Assembly (NCBI RefSeq): GCF_006345805.1
Contig: NC_043006.1
Location: 86,552,001-86,616,000 of the forward strand
Direction: 5' to 3'
Source of the DNA: Octopus sinensis
Lineage: Eukaryota
DNA length: 64,000 bases
Made by a program: the position numbers and the translations under genes. The notes beneath the pieces were generated by a model. It ran no database searches. It saw nothing but the letters and a program-made list of their open reading frames with translations, and had not been told where the DNA came from. The stretch's first letter is position 1; each line of letters starts with the position of its first letter. Below are positions 12,651-25,741 of this stretch, in pieces.

Positions 12651-13224
12651 CACATGCATGTAGGTAGGTAGTTTCTCGCACCTAAATAAGACACCCTGAA
12701 TTCTTAAAATATTCAGGGCATTAACTTTGGTTACACAGAATATCTTCACACCCCTTGTTTTCATTATTTCCTCACCTACCAGATTTGACCGCGGCCTGAC
12801 CTTGATTTATTCCAACGGACTTTTTTGTCGGCCTCCACCAACGTACATTGAGAAACAGTTTACCCCATGGGCTCCTAGGGAGCGTTCTTGTTCGAGTTGC
12901 TTGCTGCGCCTTTGTTTTGTTTGGACATCGTAATTCCTGGATTTTCCTGAAGAGAAAGCTGCAATATGGTATCCTTATTCAATCAGAATTTGGAAATTTG
13001 TGGCCTTTGAAACATGTGTAGAATGTAATAAAAGGAATTCTGTAGAATCTTCGTTCAGCTCCATTTCTTCAATTCACTAATTATATTAAACTTCAATTAT
13101 CCGCGCAACACCCTATGGTCATAACTCCAACCGTGTTTTTTCTGCTGTAATTTTTGCTACCCAGGTATCGGTTAAACTCTTGAATAATCCGTAACGAGAT
13201 AATTCATCTTTCCATTTCAACAAA

Positions 13225-13755
13225 TATATGCATATATATATACATGCACATATATATACATATATATACATGCATATATATATACATGCATATATATATA
13301 CATGCATATATATACACATACATATATATACACATACATATATATACACATACATATATACACATATATATACACACATATATATATACACATATATATA
13401 CACACATATATATATATACATATATATATACGTATATATATATAGATATATATAGATATATACATACATATATACATATATATATACATATATACATATA
13501 CATACATACATATATATATACATACATACATATATACATACATATATATATAGAGAGAGATATATATACATACATATATACATACATATATATATATACA
13601 TACATATATATATACATACATATATATATATATACATGCATATATATACATGCATATATATACATACATATAAATATATATGTATATATACATATATATA
13701 TACATATATATAAATATATATATATACACATACATATATATACATATATATACAT
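13225..13755. repeat. Complex (AT)n/(ATAC)n microsatellite
   Basis: Visible directly. Confidence 0.95.
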
Positions 13756-13779
13756 CACAAAGCCTTGGAAAGCTAAGTA

Positions 13780-15660
13780 ACCTATTTCTTTTTAAGATTT
13801 AAAAAATTAAAAAAATTAAAATATTTTAATAAGTCTTATTGTATTGCTTTGTATATATGTAAGGATTTAGCTGTCGAAGTATATGATTATTAGATTTTAA
13901 CTCTACATTTATTTGTAATATTTTACTTAGCCAATAAGATATATAGATCGTTAATAGTTATAGGTTTTTTTAAAGCTAGGTTTCTGGTTTTAATTTGATT
14001 TAAAATTTTTTTAATGTATCTCATAATTTTGATTGTATAAGTATTTAGTTGTTGAAGATATGTATTTCATTATTTCATTATTAGATCATAACTATATGGT
14101 TTTTGTAAGTTATTAATTAGCCAACGAGATATATTGATCGTTACATAGTTATAGGGTTCTTTTAAGATAGTTTATACGTTTACAATTTGCTTTTTCATCT
14201 TTAATTTTTTAATTATTTAATATATTTCATAAGTAATAATGAATAATTAATTTATTTAGTGTTTTTAATACGTATATATATTTATTGATAGATTATTTCG
14301 TTAAATAATTTGGTAATTAAACTTTTGGACTATAACTGAGTTAAGGATATTTGTGAGTTTATCACGTTTTTTTTAAGCCACCTTATATATTCATAAATAT
14401 CTCTTATAGTTGACTTTGTTCTATTATAGCTTAAATATAGCTATTTTCAATTGATATTTTGTAATAGTATTTTTCATTGATAAAAATATGTTCGTAATTT
14501 TCATTATTAAAGAATTTTATATTTGTTTATTATTATTTTAGTTAATGACACAATTTTTGAAAAATAAATAAACCTTTTTTTTAATATTTTAATAATTTAT
14601 GTTATATGGTTTTTATTGGATACTATATAACTACGGATTGATAATTTGATTGTATAAGTATTTAGTTGTTGAAGACATGTATTTCATTATTTCATTATTA
14701 GATCATTACAATACGGTTTTTGTAAGTTATTAATTAGCCAACGAGATATATTGATCGTTACATAGTTATAGGGTTCTTTTAAGATAGTTTATACGTTTAC
14801 AATTTGCTTTTTCATCTTTAATTTTTTAATTTTCTAATTCTTTAATATATTTCATAAGTAATAATAAATAATTTATTTATTTAGTTTTTTTTAATACGTG
14901 TATATATATTTATTGATAGAGATAATTTTAGATCTTAATCATTATATTTATATATATTTATATATATTTATTGATAATAATTTAGTTATTATTCAAATAT
15001 TTTATAATTATTAGATTTGAACTTAAATTTAATATGAATAGTGTTTATTTTTTCGATTATATTTTGTTAAATAATTAGGTCATTAGATATTGACTATAAC
15101 TGAGATTAGATTATTCGTGAGTTTTTTATGTTTTTTTTAAAGCCATATTATATCTGAATTGATAAATACATTTTCTATCTATCTTTACCTTAAAAATTAA
15201 CATTTAACATTATAATTGGATTGTATGACATAATCATAATCATTAAAGTTTCTAGTTTGATAATAAATATTCTATAAGAAAAATTATTATTTTATTTATT
15301 TCTTAAATAATATTGTTTAAATATATTTGCTTATTTATTTAACTATTATCATTAACCTGAAGATTGACTATAACTATAATTCGAATTTATAATTGAATTT
15401 AAATTATTGTAATTCGAATTAGGTTATGGCCATGAAACATACATAGTGGTTTTACTTATCACATAATAAACTTTTAATACTTTTTGATAGTTATATATAA
15501 TTATAGAAAAAAAAATTATAAAAATAAATATAAATTAATAATTTAAAATTTAAATAATTTAGATTTTATATTTTTTGTAAATTATATTAATTATTTTCAT
15601 TTTTATGTTTTGGTTTGTTTTTTACTGTTTCATTTACCTAATAGCGGTTTTATCTCTAAT
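13780..15660. repeat. Extremely AT-rich, internally repetitive island (probable decayed DNA-transposon subterminal repeats)
   Basis: A ~180-bp diverged unit starts near 13855 and 14035. Block 14030-14290 is nearly duplicated at 14646-14910. The CTATAACT/AGTTATAG motif recurs. Confidence 0.6.
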
Positions 15661-16876
15661 TTAATTTATATATATACATATATACATATACATACACATA
15701 TATATATATATACATACATACACACAGAAACACATACACACACATACATACACACACATACATACACACACATACATACACATACATACACATACACACA
15801 CATACACAACATACACACATACACACACACACACACACACACATGCACACATACACATACACACAAATACACGCACACATACATATACACACATACATGC
15901 ACACACATACACACACACATAAACACACACACCTACACATACATACATACACACATACACATAAACACACACACATACATACACACACATACATGCACAT
16001 ACATACATATACACACATACATGCACACATACACACACACATAAACACACACCTACACATACATACATACACACATACACATAAACACACACACATACAT
16101 ACACACACATACATGCACACATACATGCACACATACACACACACATACATACACACACATACATACACACACACATACATACACACACATGCACACATAC
16201 ACACACATACATGCACACATACACACACACATACATACACACAAACATACATACACACACACATACATACACACATGCATGCATACACACATACACGCAC
16301 ACATACACACACACATAAACACACACACATACATACACACACATACACATAAATACACACACATACATACATACACACACATACACGCACATATAGACAC
16401 ATACACACATACACGCACACATACACACACATACATACACACACACATACACACATCCATGCATACACACACATAGACACATACACAGACACATACACGC
16501 ACACATACATACACACATATATACACACACACACATACACACACATACATACACACACATATATACACACATACATACACATACATATATTATATACATA
16601 TACCTACATATATATATATATACATACATATACATATATGTATATACACATGTATATTTATATATATACATGTATGTATATATACATATATACACATATA
16701 TACATACATATATATATACATGTATATATATAAATATACATGTATATATACATATGTGTATATACATATATGTATATATTATTTATGTATGTATATATAC
16801 ATATATATATACATATATACATACATACATATATATATACAAATATATATATACACATATATATATATACATATAT
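15660..16876. repeat. 1.2-kb compound microsatellite: (AT) flanks with an (AC)/(ATAC)-rich core
   Basis: Visible directly; includes a 120-bp higher-order duplication (15901-16020 vs 16021-16140). Confidence 0.95.
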
Positions 16877-17260
16877 CATCATCATCATCATCATCGTTTA
16901 GCGTCCGTTTTCCATGCTAGCATGGGTTGGACGGGTCAACTGGGGTCTGTGAAGCTGGAAGGCTTCGTCAGGCCCAGTCAGATCTGGCAGTGTTTCTACG
17001 GCTGGATGCCCTTCCTAACGCCAACCACTCCGCGAGTGTAGTGGGTGTTTTTTACGTGCCACCTGCACAGGTGCCAGACAGAGCTGGCGAACGGCCACGA
17101 ACGGATGGTGCTTTTACGTGTCACCGGCACGGGGCCAGGCGATGCTGGCAACGGACACGAACGGATGGTGCTTTTACGTGCCACCGACACGGGGCCAGAC
17201 AGAGCTGGCAACCGGCCACGAGCGGACGGTGCTTTTACGTGTCACCGGCACGGGGGCCAA
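16877..17260 (-). mobile_element. RTE LINE 3'-UTR/tail fragment with four ~60-bp repeats
   Basis: Reverse complement ends ...ccaacccatgctagcatggaaaacggacgctaaacgatgatgatg, the same tail that follows the RTE ORF at 42780-43290. Confidence 0.88.
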
Positions 17261-17264
17261 TGTA

Positions 17265-17281
17265 CATAAATAATATATACA

Positions 17282-17335
<54 letters not shown>

Positions 17336-17359
17336 CATACATATACATATATGTTATAC

Positions 17360-17390
<31 letters not shown>

Positions 17391-17598
17391 CATATATAAA
17401 TAATATATACATATATATATACATATATACATATATGTTTATACATATATATATATATGCATGTATATATATATATAATATATATATGTGCGTGTATGTG
17501 TGTGTATATACATATAATACATTTATATATATATATAATATATATATATTATATATATATATATGTGCGTGTATGTGTGTGTATATACATATATATAC

Positions 17599-17664
<66 letters not shown>

Positions 17665-17700
17665 TTATATATATACATACATATATATACATATACATAT
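17265..17700. repeat. Complex (AT)n microsatellite
   Basis: Visible directly. Confidence 0.95.
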
Positions 17701-17711
17701 ATTGTGCACTG

Positions 17712-19553
17712 TATGATAGGGCCACTCCTTGAAAAAGATGGTACATTCACAGGAAATTTAATGAGGATAAGTGAAATACTAAATGAGTAATTCAAATGTA
17801 TTTTCACTCCACCCCTAGGGTATTTTCAAGTCAGCAATCCAACTGACTTCTTTACCACTGCAGATATAAAATCAGAGGCAACGATGATTGATTACCTCAA
17901 TATAAAGGAAGACGATGTAATAAAGGCTATAGATGAAATGAACCCAGACTCAGCTACTGGCCCTGATGGATTCCCAGCAATCCATCTAAAAGTATGTAAG
18001 AGAGTCCTAGCAAGACCACTGCAGTTCCTCTTTCAGAGCTTCCTTGCAACTGGCAAACTTCCAAGAAAACTGAAGGAAGGTAAAATATACCCTATTCATA
18101 AAGGAGGTAGCAGAGTGGAGGCAAAGAACTACAGACCTATCTCTCTGACCTCATACATCAGCAAGGTCATGGAACGAATAGTCAAAAGGAAACTAATCAC
18201 CTTCCTTGAAGAAAATGACTTGCTGCCTGACACCCAACATGCCTAACTCAGCTCCTACAACACTATGACTGGGTGCTGAAACAACTACTCAACCACTCAA
18301 ATGTGGAAGTGATATATCTCGACTTTGCAAAGGCCTTGGTAAAGTCGATCATGGAATGATATGTCACAAACTGCGTGATCTTGGCATAGTTGGAAAATTG
18401 GGAGAATGGCTTCATGACTTTCTGAAGGATAGAAGTCAGGTGGGGGCCACCTCCATTAACTCGCAAATAGTGAGCGGTGTTCCGCAAGACACTGTTTTGG
18501 GACCACTACTGTTCATAATGGCTCTCTCAGACATGCCCTCAACCACGCAGAGAGCCACGATCACAATTTATGCAGATGATACAAAAGTTTCACAGGTAAT
18601 ACAGAACCCTGAAGACACTATGCACCTGCAATGTGAGCTGGACAAAATATACAAGTGGGCTGAAAAGAATAGCATGCAGTTCAATGCTGAAAAGTTTCTA
18701 GCTTTATGCTATCAGCATGCAAAACTAAATGCAATACCCAATAAATACACTGAACCTGGAGGGATTGCAATCCCAGAGGCACAATCAGTGCAAGACCTGG
18801 GTATTTACATGAGTAAGATGCAACCTTTCATGTGCATGTTACTAAATTGGCAATGAAATGTAGGCGGCTGACCGAATGGATTCTTAGAGCCTTTAGAACA
18901 AGAGACCAGGAAACCATGATGGTCCTCGGGAGGACACTTGTCTTAAGCCACTTTGACTATTGCTCTCAGCTATGGTCACCATCCAGTGTCAAATCAATCA
19001 CAGAACTTGAGGCGATCCAGCAAAGCTACACGAAGAAGATAGCCTCTGTGCAGCCTATAAGCTATTGGGAAAGACTCAAGAGATTAAGACTCTATTCCTT
19101 AAAGCGTAGGCAAGAAACATATGCCATAATATACATCTGGAAGATCCTGGAAGGACTTGTCCCAAACTTTGGCATCGAGAAACTAGAACTGGGCGCCATT
19201 GCATAGTGCCAAGGACTCCAAATTTGCCATCAAGATGTAGGACAAGATACTGTGATAGCCTGGGCTTCAGAGGTCCACAGCTCTTCAATATCTTCCCGAA
19301 GGATCTGAGACACCTGTATGGGGTGGATGCAGATGTCTTTAAAATAAAACTGGATCTCTTCCTGTCAGTTGTCCCAGATGAACCAACTTCACGGCAGGAG
19401 GTGCAGATGAGGGCAGCTGCATCGAACTCTCTCATGCACCAAATGGCAATTGCTAGAAAGCATTCGTGAAGTAAAATCATGTAGCAACACCGAATGGCGG
19501 TGCCCCAGCATGGCCACAGCTCGTGAGCTGAAACTAGATAAAATAAAATAAAA

Positions 19554-19556
<3 letters not shown>
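17712..19556 (+). mobile_element. 5'-truncated CR1/L2-group LINE (RT pseudogene with intact 3' end)
   Basis: Peptides SATGPDG, KNYRPISLTS, DFAKA, SGVPQDTVLGPLLF, YADDTK, DYCSQLWSP and ERLKRLRLYSL, with frameshifts. Ends in an (AAAAT)n tail. Confidence 0.92.
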
Positions 19557-19629
<73 letters not shown>

Positions 19630-19659
19630 TATATACATATACATATATATATATATGGA

Positions 19660-19850
19660 TATGCTTCCACCACCCTTTGACAACCAGTGCTGGTGTATTT
19701 ATGTTCTTATAACTCAGCAATTTCGCAAAAGAAACTGATAGAATAAATACTAGGCTTAAAAAAACAAGTCATGGTGTTTATTTGTTCTACTAAAACTCTT
19801 CAAAGTGGTGCATGGTCATAGTGAAGTGAGTGAAACAAGGAAAAATAAAA
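19660..19850 (+). mobile_element. tRNA-SINE family A 3' half
   Basis: ccaccacccttgacaaccagtgctggtg...gatagaataaatactaggctt... Confidence 0.75.
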
Positions 19851-20419
19851 GGTGTCGATGTTATACATTCACATTTATAATTTTCATTGTAATAAGAGCC
19901 ATGCTTCTCAGTCCATCTGTCCACTCATCACACATTCAGATGAATTTCTGGTTATTTGTCGTTTCCATCTTTTATCTTTTAAGAGAGAAGACAATACCCA
20001 TAACAACTAGCACCCACACTGCCAGATGATGGCGTTAGATTGGGCAATGTGTCAAGTCTACAGCCCAAATAAAACATGGCACAATTTGAACTCAGAAGGT
20101 GAAGAAATGGAACAAATAGTGTAAAGCATTTGGCCCATCACGCTTTCAGTTCCACCAATCCATCACCTTGGATTAATACATTGTTATTGATCCTAATGGA
20201 ATGAAAAGCAAAACCTAATAATTGACCTAGGTGGGGTTTGAACTCAGGGGGCTGTGAATGAGAACAAAAACTGTATGGCATTCATTTCAACACTCTAATG
20301 ACTCTGTTAATTTGCTGCTTGTAGAAATGAAATGGGTTTCCTCAAAAAGGTCTCTGGTGTAATGTTATTCAACAAGCTGCATAGCTTGAAGATCAGTGAG
20401 TCTCTGCAGTTTGAGTCAC

Positions 20420-20680
20420 TGCTTCTTCACACTGAGAGATCAGAGCTCTTGTACAAATGACATGTGATTAGAACGTTGCTGGAAAGAATCACAAGATAGA
20501 TTCTTCCTGCCAATCTGACCAGTAGGGGAGCTATGGGTGCACCAAGAATGAGGTGGTTGGATAGTATCCATAGCCTCAGTTGGTCATGCTTGGGAATCCA
20601 GCTGGAAAGTTTAATGATAGTTGCTTCTAATAGGACTCTATGGAGGAGGTGCCTGAATACTCTGCTTCCATGACCCTTCC
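20420..20680 (+). mobile_element. Decayed RTE LINE C-terminal fragment
   Basis: Reads K*HVIRT...RGAMGAPRMRWLDSI...ASNRTLWRRC, the RTE RGRPxxRWxD and RxxWR motifs. Confidence 0.7.
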
Positions 20681-21405
20681 AATAGGGGAGAAGATGGGTG
20701 GATAAAAAGATAGAAATGAAACTAGAAAAGAGTGAATTTATATATGCAGCATAAGGAAAATATATCTGTGTTTTATTTTTGGTCAAGTTCATTGTATTTT
20801 TTTATTTTCAGGGAACATGAGAGGTTGGAAGAAGAAAGAGAAAAGTAATGAAAATGGCAACAGATTTACTAGAGCCTTCAATTTATAGAAGAGTGGCATG
20901 TGCTTGTAAAGGAACTATTTATTTTTTAAGGTAGCTAAACTATCTTACAAAAATTTTCAGTCAGTAAAACAGTAAATTTTGTGCTTGCAAGATAAATATA
21001 ATATTTTCTACTGAAATATTTATTGTTATCCAACAACTGTGAAGTTTTCAAAAAGTCATGAAACATTCTTTATTGTGAAGAAAAATATTTCAACGTAACT
21101 TATCATTTACTACTTTGTTATTATTGATAAGGAAGCTTTGGTTAAAATATCTATAATGAAATTTTAGCTGAAATGTCACATTAATATTGCAGGCAAAATT
21201 ATTATAAAACATACCTTTTGACATTCATTATCTTCTATAAGTATTACTAACATATACACACATATTCTCAAATGTGAGTTTTTATGTAATTACTCAAGTT
21301 GTTTAAAATAGCAGCCAAGTCTCCTTCAAATCAGCCATAAAATCATCATAATGATGACAACTAAATTTTGATAATAGGAAATTCAACTACATATATATGT
21401 AAGAA

Positions 21406-21409
<4 letters not shown>

Positions 21410-21472
<63 letters not shown>

Positions 21473-21489
21473 GATGATGATGATGATGA

Positions 21490-21537
<48 letters not shown>

Positions 21538-21551
21538 GATGATGATGATGA

Positions 21552-21585
<34 letters not shown>
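21410..21585. repeat. (AT)n array containing two AAAC(GAT)n inserts
   Basis: taaacgatgatgatg at ~21468 and ~21533, identical to the extreme 3' end of the RTE tail. Confidence 0.85.
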
Positions 21586-22249
21586 TTAAGAATAATGCAA
21601 TATATTAAGAAAAGTAATTTTTTTGTCACATGTAAACACTCGCAAAATTTCTTTATAATGTATATAATATTTATCAATTACAGTTAAAAATATTTCAAAT
21701 TTTAGAATAATATAAGAAAATAATATTCAGTTTGTGAAATTAAATGTTTGTAGAAAAACATCATTTTCTCAAACACTGATTTACTATTTATGAAATAAAA
21801 AAAAATAAAGAAAAAGAACATATCAAAGTCATGTGTGATGAGAACTTAAGTTTCATAATTTTCTATTTCTGTCTTTTTCAATTGCACTTTATTGAAGCAC
21901 ATTTTATTCAGTGATTTAAGAATAATGAAAAAAGATAAGAGGGAAAATAATTTTCATCATATGTATGATATTTCTTTATCGTCTTCATTATCAATTATCA
22001 TTTAACATCCATGTTCTATGCTGGTGTGAGCTGAACAGTTTTGCCAGGATTCAGTGAGTTCAAGGACAGCAGTGTGTTCCACTGTCTACTTTAGCTTGGC
22101 TCCTACAGCTAAAGTGTGCTTTTTTTATGCTACCAGTACTAATGAGGTCACCTTGAGGCTTGCAAGATTACAAACCCTGAGAGAGGCAGTTTTATGCAAT
22201 GAGGCAAGGGGTTAAAGTAGGGGGGAAGGAACCAGAACAGAACAGATTT

Positions 22250-22980
22250 CTTACTGGATAGAAGCTACATAGCTACTCACATTTTAGAAGAAAGGGAAGA
22301 GAGGTGGTTGGGGTAGAGCAGGGAAGAGATAAGAGTAGTGGCTGTGAGTGTTTGTGCAGACCCTAAAACTATGAATGAAGGCAGAAGAAAGAGGAGTGTG
22401 GGTATCTTGAAGTTATGGCTAGTTGAGAGCTTGGTAAATGGGCAAGAGGTTGAATATAATGAATGCATTACGAGTTCAAGTGGATGATAAGTAGGAGAGC
22501 TATGGAAGAGTAGGTGACAACTGCAGAGCTTGGAATGAGTTGGGTGGGTGGTGGATGTAGTGAATAGTGGATAAGGGGTAGGGTGGTGTGACCAATGACA
22601 CACAAGAGTGAAAAGTAGCAGAACAATAATCATAATAAAGTAGATTGGGGAAGGATGGGAGGGAGAGAAATGATGAGTGGTTGGGTAGATTGCAGGAATG
22701 TGAGAAGAAGAGAGGCAGGTGCAGTCCTTGTGGAGAGTAAGAGATGTATGCCAGAAGAAAAGATGAGATGATATGGTGGCTTAAAGAAGGGGTCAGTGTA
22801 AAATGTTGGTGGAGAAGGCAGTATTAAGGATGAGAGATGGATATTGAATGAAATGTTTCTGGGTAGTGAGAAAGGTATATTATGCATGTGTTGTTTATTA
22901 ATCATGGAGTAATTTTTGTGAAGCATTGTGTGATATTTCCTTAATGTGAGTAGTTGGGTAAGGCCAGAACAATGCAAGAA
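22250..22980. other. Purine-rich plus-strand stretch, possibly a very old LINE relic on the minus strand
   Basis: Strong G+A skew. Minus-strand ORFs are H/P/S/L-rich without diagnostic motifs. Confidence 0.3.
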
Positions 22981-23497
22981 GATATAAAGTAAACTGCAAA
23001 GAAGAAAAGAAAAGAAAGTTCAAGTTTTACATTTTATTTTTATATTTCAGGATTTTGATCTCTTCTTCTGGACACATGGAAAAGTTAGGGTTGGAAAAGG
23101 TTGTTGTTTAGATGTGTAGGGAGGAAGGTGATATGCAGAGATTGGTGTCATGATAGTAAGCAATTTGCACATGTCACCTTCCTCACCCACAAATCTGAGC
23201 AATGACCTTTTCCATCCTTCACTTTTGCACATGTCCTGAAGATGGAAACATAGTCCCAAAACATAGAGATATAGGGTAAAACTACAATTTTGTTTTCTTT
23301 TCTTCTTTGTAGTTTACTTTATATTGTCTCACATTGTTCTGGCCTTACCCATCAAGTCTCTTAATTATGGTTAAAAATATTAAAAATTTTCAACTAATGT
23401 AATAAAATGATTAACATTTTTTTAAAATTCAAAGTTTGTAAAAGTTTTATTTCCTTAAGCACTGACTTACTGTTTATAAAATAAAAAGAAATTTAAA

Positions 23498-25416
23498 TCT
23501 ATATCAGTGTTATGTGTAACTATATATGCAAGGCAATGGGTTTACTTAGACTACATAATTTTCTATTCTTCTCAGCTGCAATTGTACTTTAATTCAAGCA
23601 TATTTTATTGTCCAATTGTTGGAGCGCAACAGGATAGAAAACGAAGCGCAACGGTTGAAAGAAAGGAAGAAAGAAAAACAAAAGGATCAGCATGGGTCAC
23701 ACAGCTGAAGAAAAGAAGACAAAAGAAAGAGGAAGAATCGTCCCTATTTTTCTTGTGGACTGAGAGGCTAGTTTATTAGAAACCCCTCCAAATTTTTTTT
23801 TTTTGACTAGGAGGAGGTAGTGAGGTTATCGAGCCTTTCTTCGGTTGAGAATAAATGATATTAACTTTGTCTATCATCATCATCATCATCCTCATCATCA
23901 TCGTTTAACGTCCACTTTCCATGCTAGCATGGGTTAGACGATTTTGACTGAGAGCTGGCGAACCAGATGTCTGCACCAGGCTCCAATCTTGATCTGGCAG
24001 TGTTTCTACAGCTGGATGCTCTTCCTAACGCCAACCACTCCAAGAGTGTAGTGGTTGCTTTTTACGTGCCAGTAAGGCGACGTTGGTAACGATCATGCTC
24101 AAATGGTGCCTTTTTACATGCCATGGCACAGGGGCCAGTCAGGCGGTACTGGCAATGACCGTGCTCGAATCTTTTTACACATGCCACCGGCACAGGTGCC
24201 AATAAGGTGACGTTGGTAACGATCACAGTCGAATGGTGCCCTTTTATGTGCCATGGCACGGAAGCTGGTTAGCCGCTCTGTCAAACGATCACACTCGTAT
24301 GGTGCTCTTTGCACCCCGCTAGCATGGATGCCAGTCATCAAATTTGATTTTAATTTCACTTGCCTCAACGAGCAATGCAAAATGTCTCAGAGAAAGAAGC
24401 AGCAAGCAAAGAAATAGACAATGAAAGCAAGAGAAATGGGAAAATGAAAGACCATAGAAACAGCTTCATGAAAACAAGAAAAAGTAGTTCCTTCATGAAT
24501 AGCATGAGCATGTTTTAAAACAAGGTGCTGTACAACATAGACGAGCATGTGAACAGCTTTCTCAAGAGCAAAGAGAATGCATTTTGGCTGAATACATTAT
24601 GAAAATGAATAATGGATGTCTTCAAGAGCTATTTTAAGAGCCAAAAATGGTGAATTTGATCAACTGAATGATGAAATTATGAATAAAATTCCTAGAAATG
24701 TGTTTACACAGAAAACCTCTAACTCAATAATAAAAGACAATCAAACTGTTTATGAATTCATTAAATGTAAGTAGCCTGCCATGTCACACCATCAAACTAA
24801 AGATAATAGCCTCAGTAATGCTTTTCTAATATTTAGACCACAAAAATTGCCTCTGCAATAGATCTTGATACATTATGGTCTTCAATGTTACTAAAAATTT
24901 ACTGACTGTCAGTAAACTTAGCAGCATTAATATTGAAAGGAGGTTCCTTGAATTTCTCTTCTGCCAGCCAACACTGATTTACCGTTCATTCTAAAAAGAT
25001 TGCTGTTTCCTCTAATACCAGTTTTTGTTATGTCAAGAAATAGGAATCAAAGGTAAAGTTTAAAGCAGAGCAGACTGTATATTCTGACTCTAGTGTTCCA
25101 CCAGGGACAAATATATGTTGCTGTTAAGCAGGACAGGTAATACAACAAACCTGAGAATATTTGCAAATCAAAACAAATTCAAATACACAGGCAGAAAGAC
25201 ACATAATGATGAATATAAAATATTGACCAGGAATGTTGTCTATAGAGAAGTCATCTAAGTAAATGTAAATATTGTAGAATGTATATATTGGGTTTGTAGA
25301 ATATGAAATAAAATGTTTTCAAAATAAACACTTTTAGTTAATATTGAACGATTATATATCAAGCATTCATTGATAAAGACAAATTTGAATTATTTACCCA
25401 GTTACAAAGCACCTAG
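23498..25416 (+). mobile_element. Internally deleted, decayed Helitron (charged N-terminal region joined to the PIF1 helicase C-terminus)
   Basis: From ~24625: RAILRAKNGEFDQLNDEIMNKIP, SLNVSSLPCHTIKLK..VML..LCN, VFHQGQIYVA and TRNVVYREV, in Helitron helicase order. Candidate ends are A|TCTATA at 23498 and CTAG|T at 25413-25416 (ends less certain). Confidence 0.75.
23875..24365 (-). mobile_element. RTE 3'-UTR/tail fragment nested in the Helitron
   Basis: (CAT)n-cgtttaacgtccactttccatgctagcatggg followed by about four variant cgtgcca/catgcca repeat units. Confidence 0.88.
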
Positions 25417-25661
25417 TATAACATCTATTTTTCTGTACATGAAAACTGAGTTAATGTTTCTAATCCTTTTAAAAGCTCTTTGTATTTAAACATATATTTT
25501 ATATAAAAGCTAATATTTTAAATGTAGAAACAGCTTAAATTTAAAATTTTACCTTTTCCTATCAGTAAAGCAATGGGACTTGAACTAGTTTTCCCAATTA
25601 TGTAGACATGATTACAATATCGAGCATCATGTAGTCAAATAAAAGTCTCATTCATCTAACC

Positions 25662-25741
25662 ACATTTATAATATTTACAATTATATGAACCTATTTATAA
25701 TATTTACAATTATACAGTCATATTTATAATACTCACAATTT
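25662..25741. repeat. ~30-bp tandem repeat, 3 copies
   Basis: atttataatatttacaatt recurs three times (third copy atttataatactcacaatt). Confidence 0.8.

Noticed and set aside
13780-15660. Possible mitochondrial insertion (NUMT) for the AT-rich islands
   Set aside because: I recognised no mitochondrial gene, tRNA or rRNA sequence, and the nested repeats and inverted homology fit a nuclear repeat better. Not excluded without BLAST.
17045-17260. Repeat-spacer-like pattern reminiscent of a CRISPR array
   Set aside because: Eukaryotic context, the spacers are homologous to each other, and the array is part of the RTE 3' UTR.
11904-17807. Many long ORFs rich in Y/I/H/T/C/V/M (up to 368 aa)
   Set aside because: They are translations of (AT)n and (AC)n microsatellites, which lack stop codons in several frames.
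20812-20848. Plus-strand terminal-exon candidate EHERLEEEREK* behind a strong acceptor
   Set aside because: No supporting upstream plus-strand exons; T-rich acceptor-like tracts are common here.
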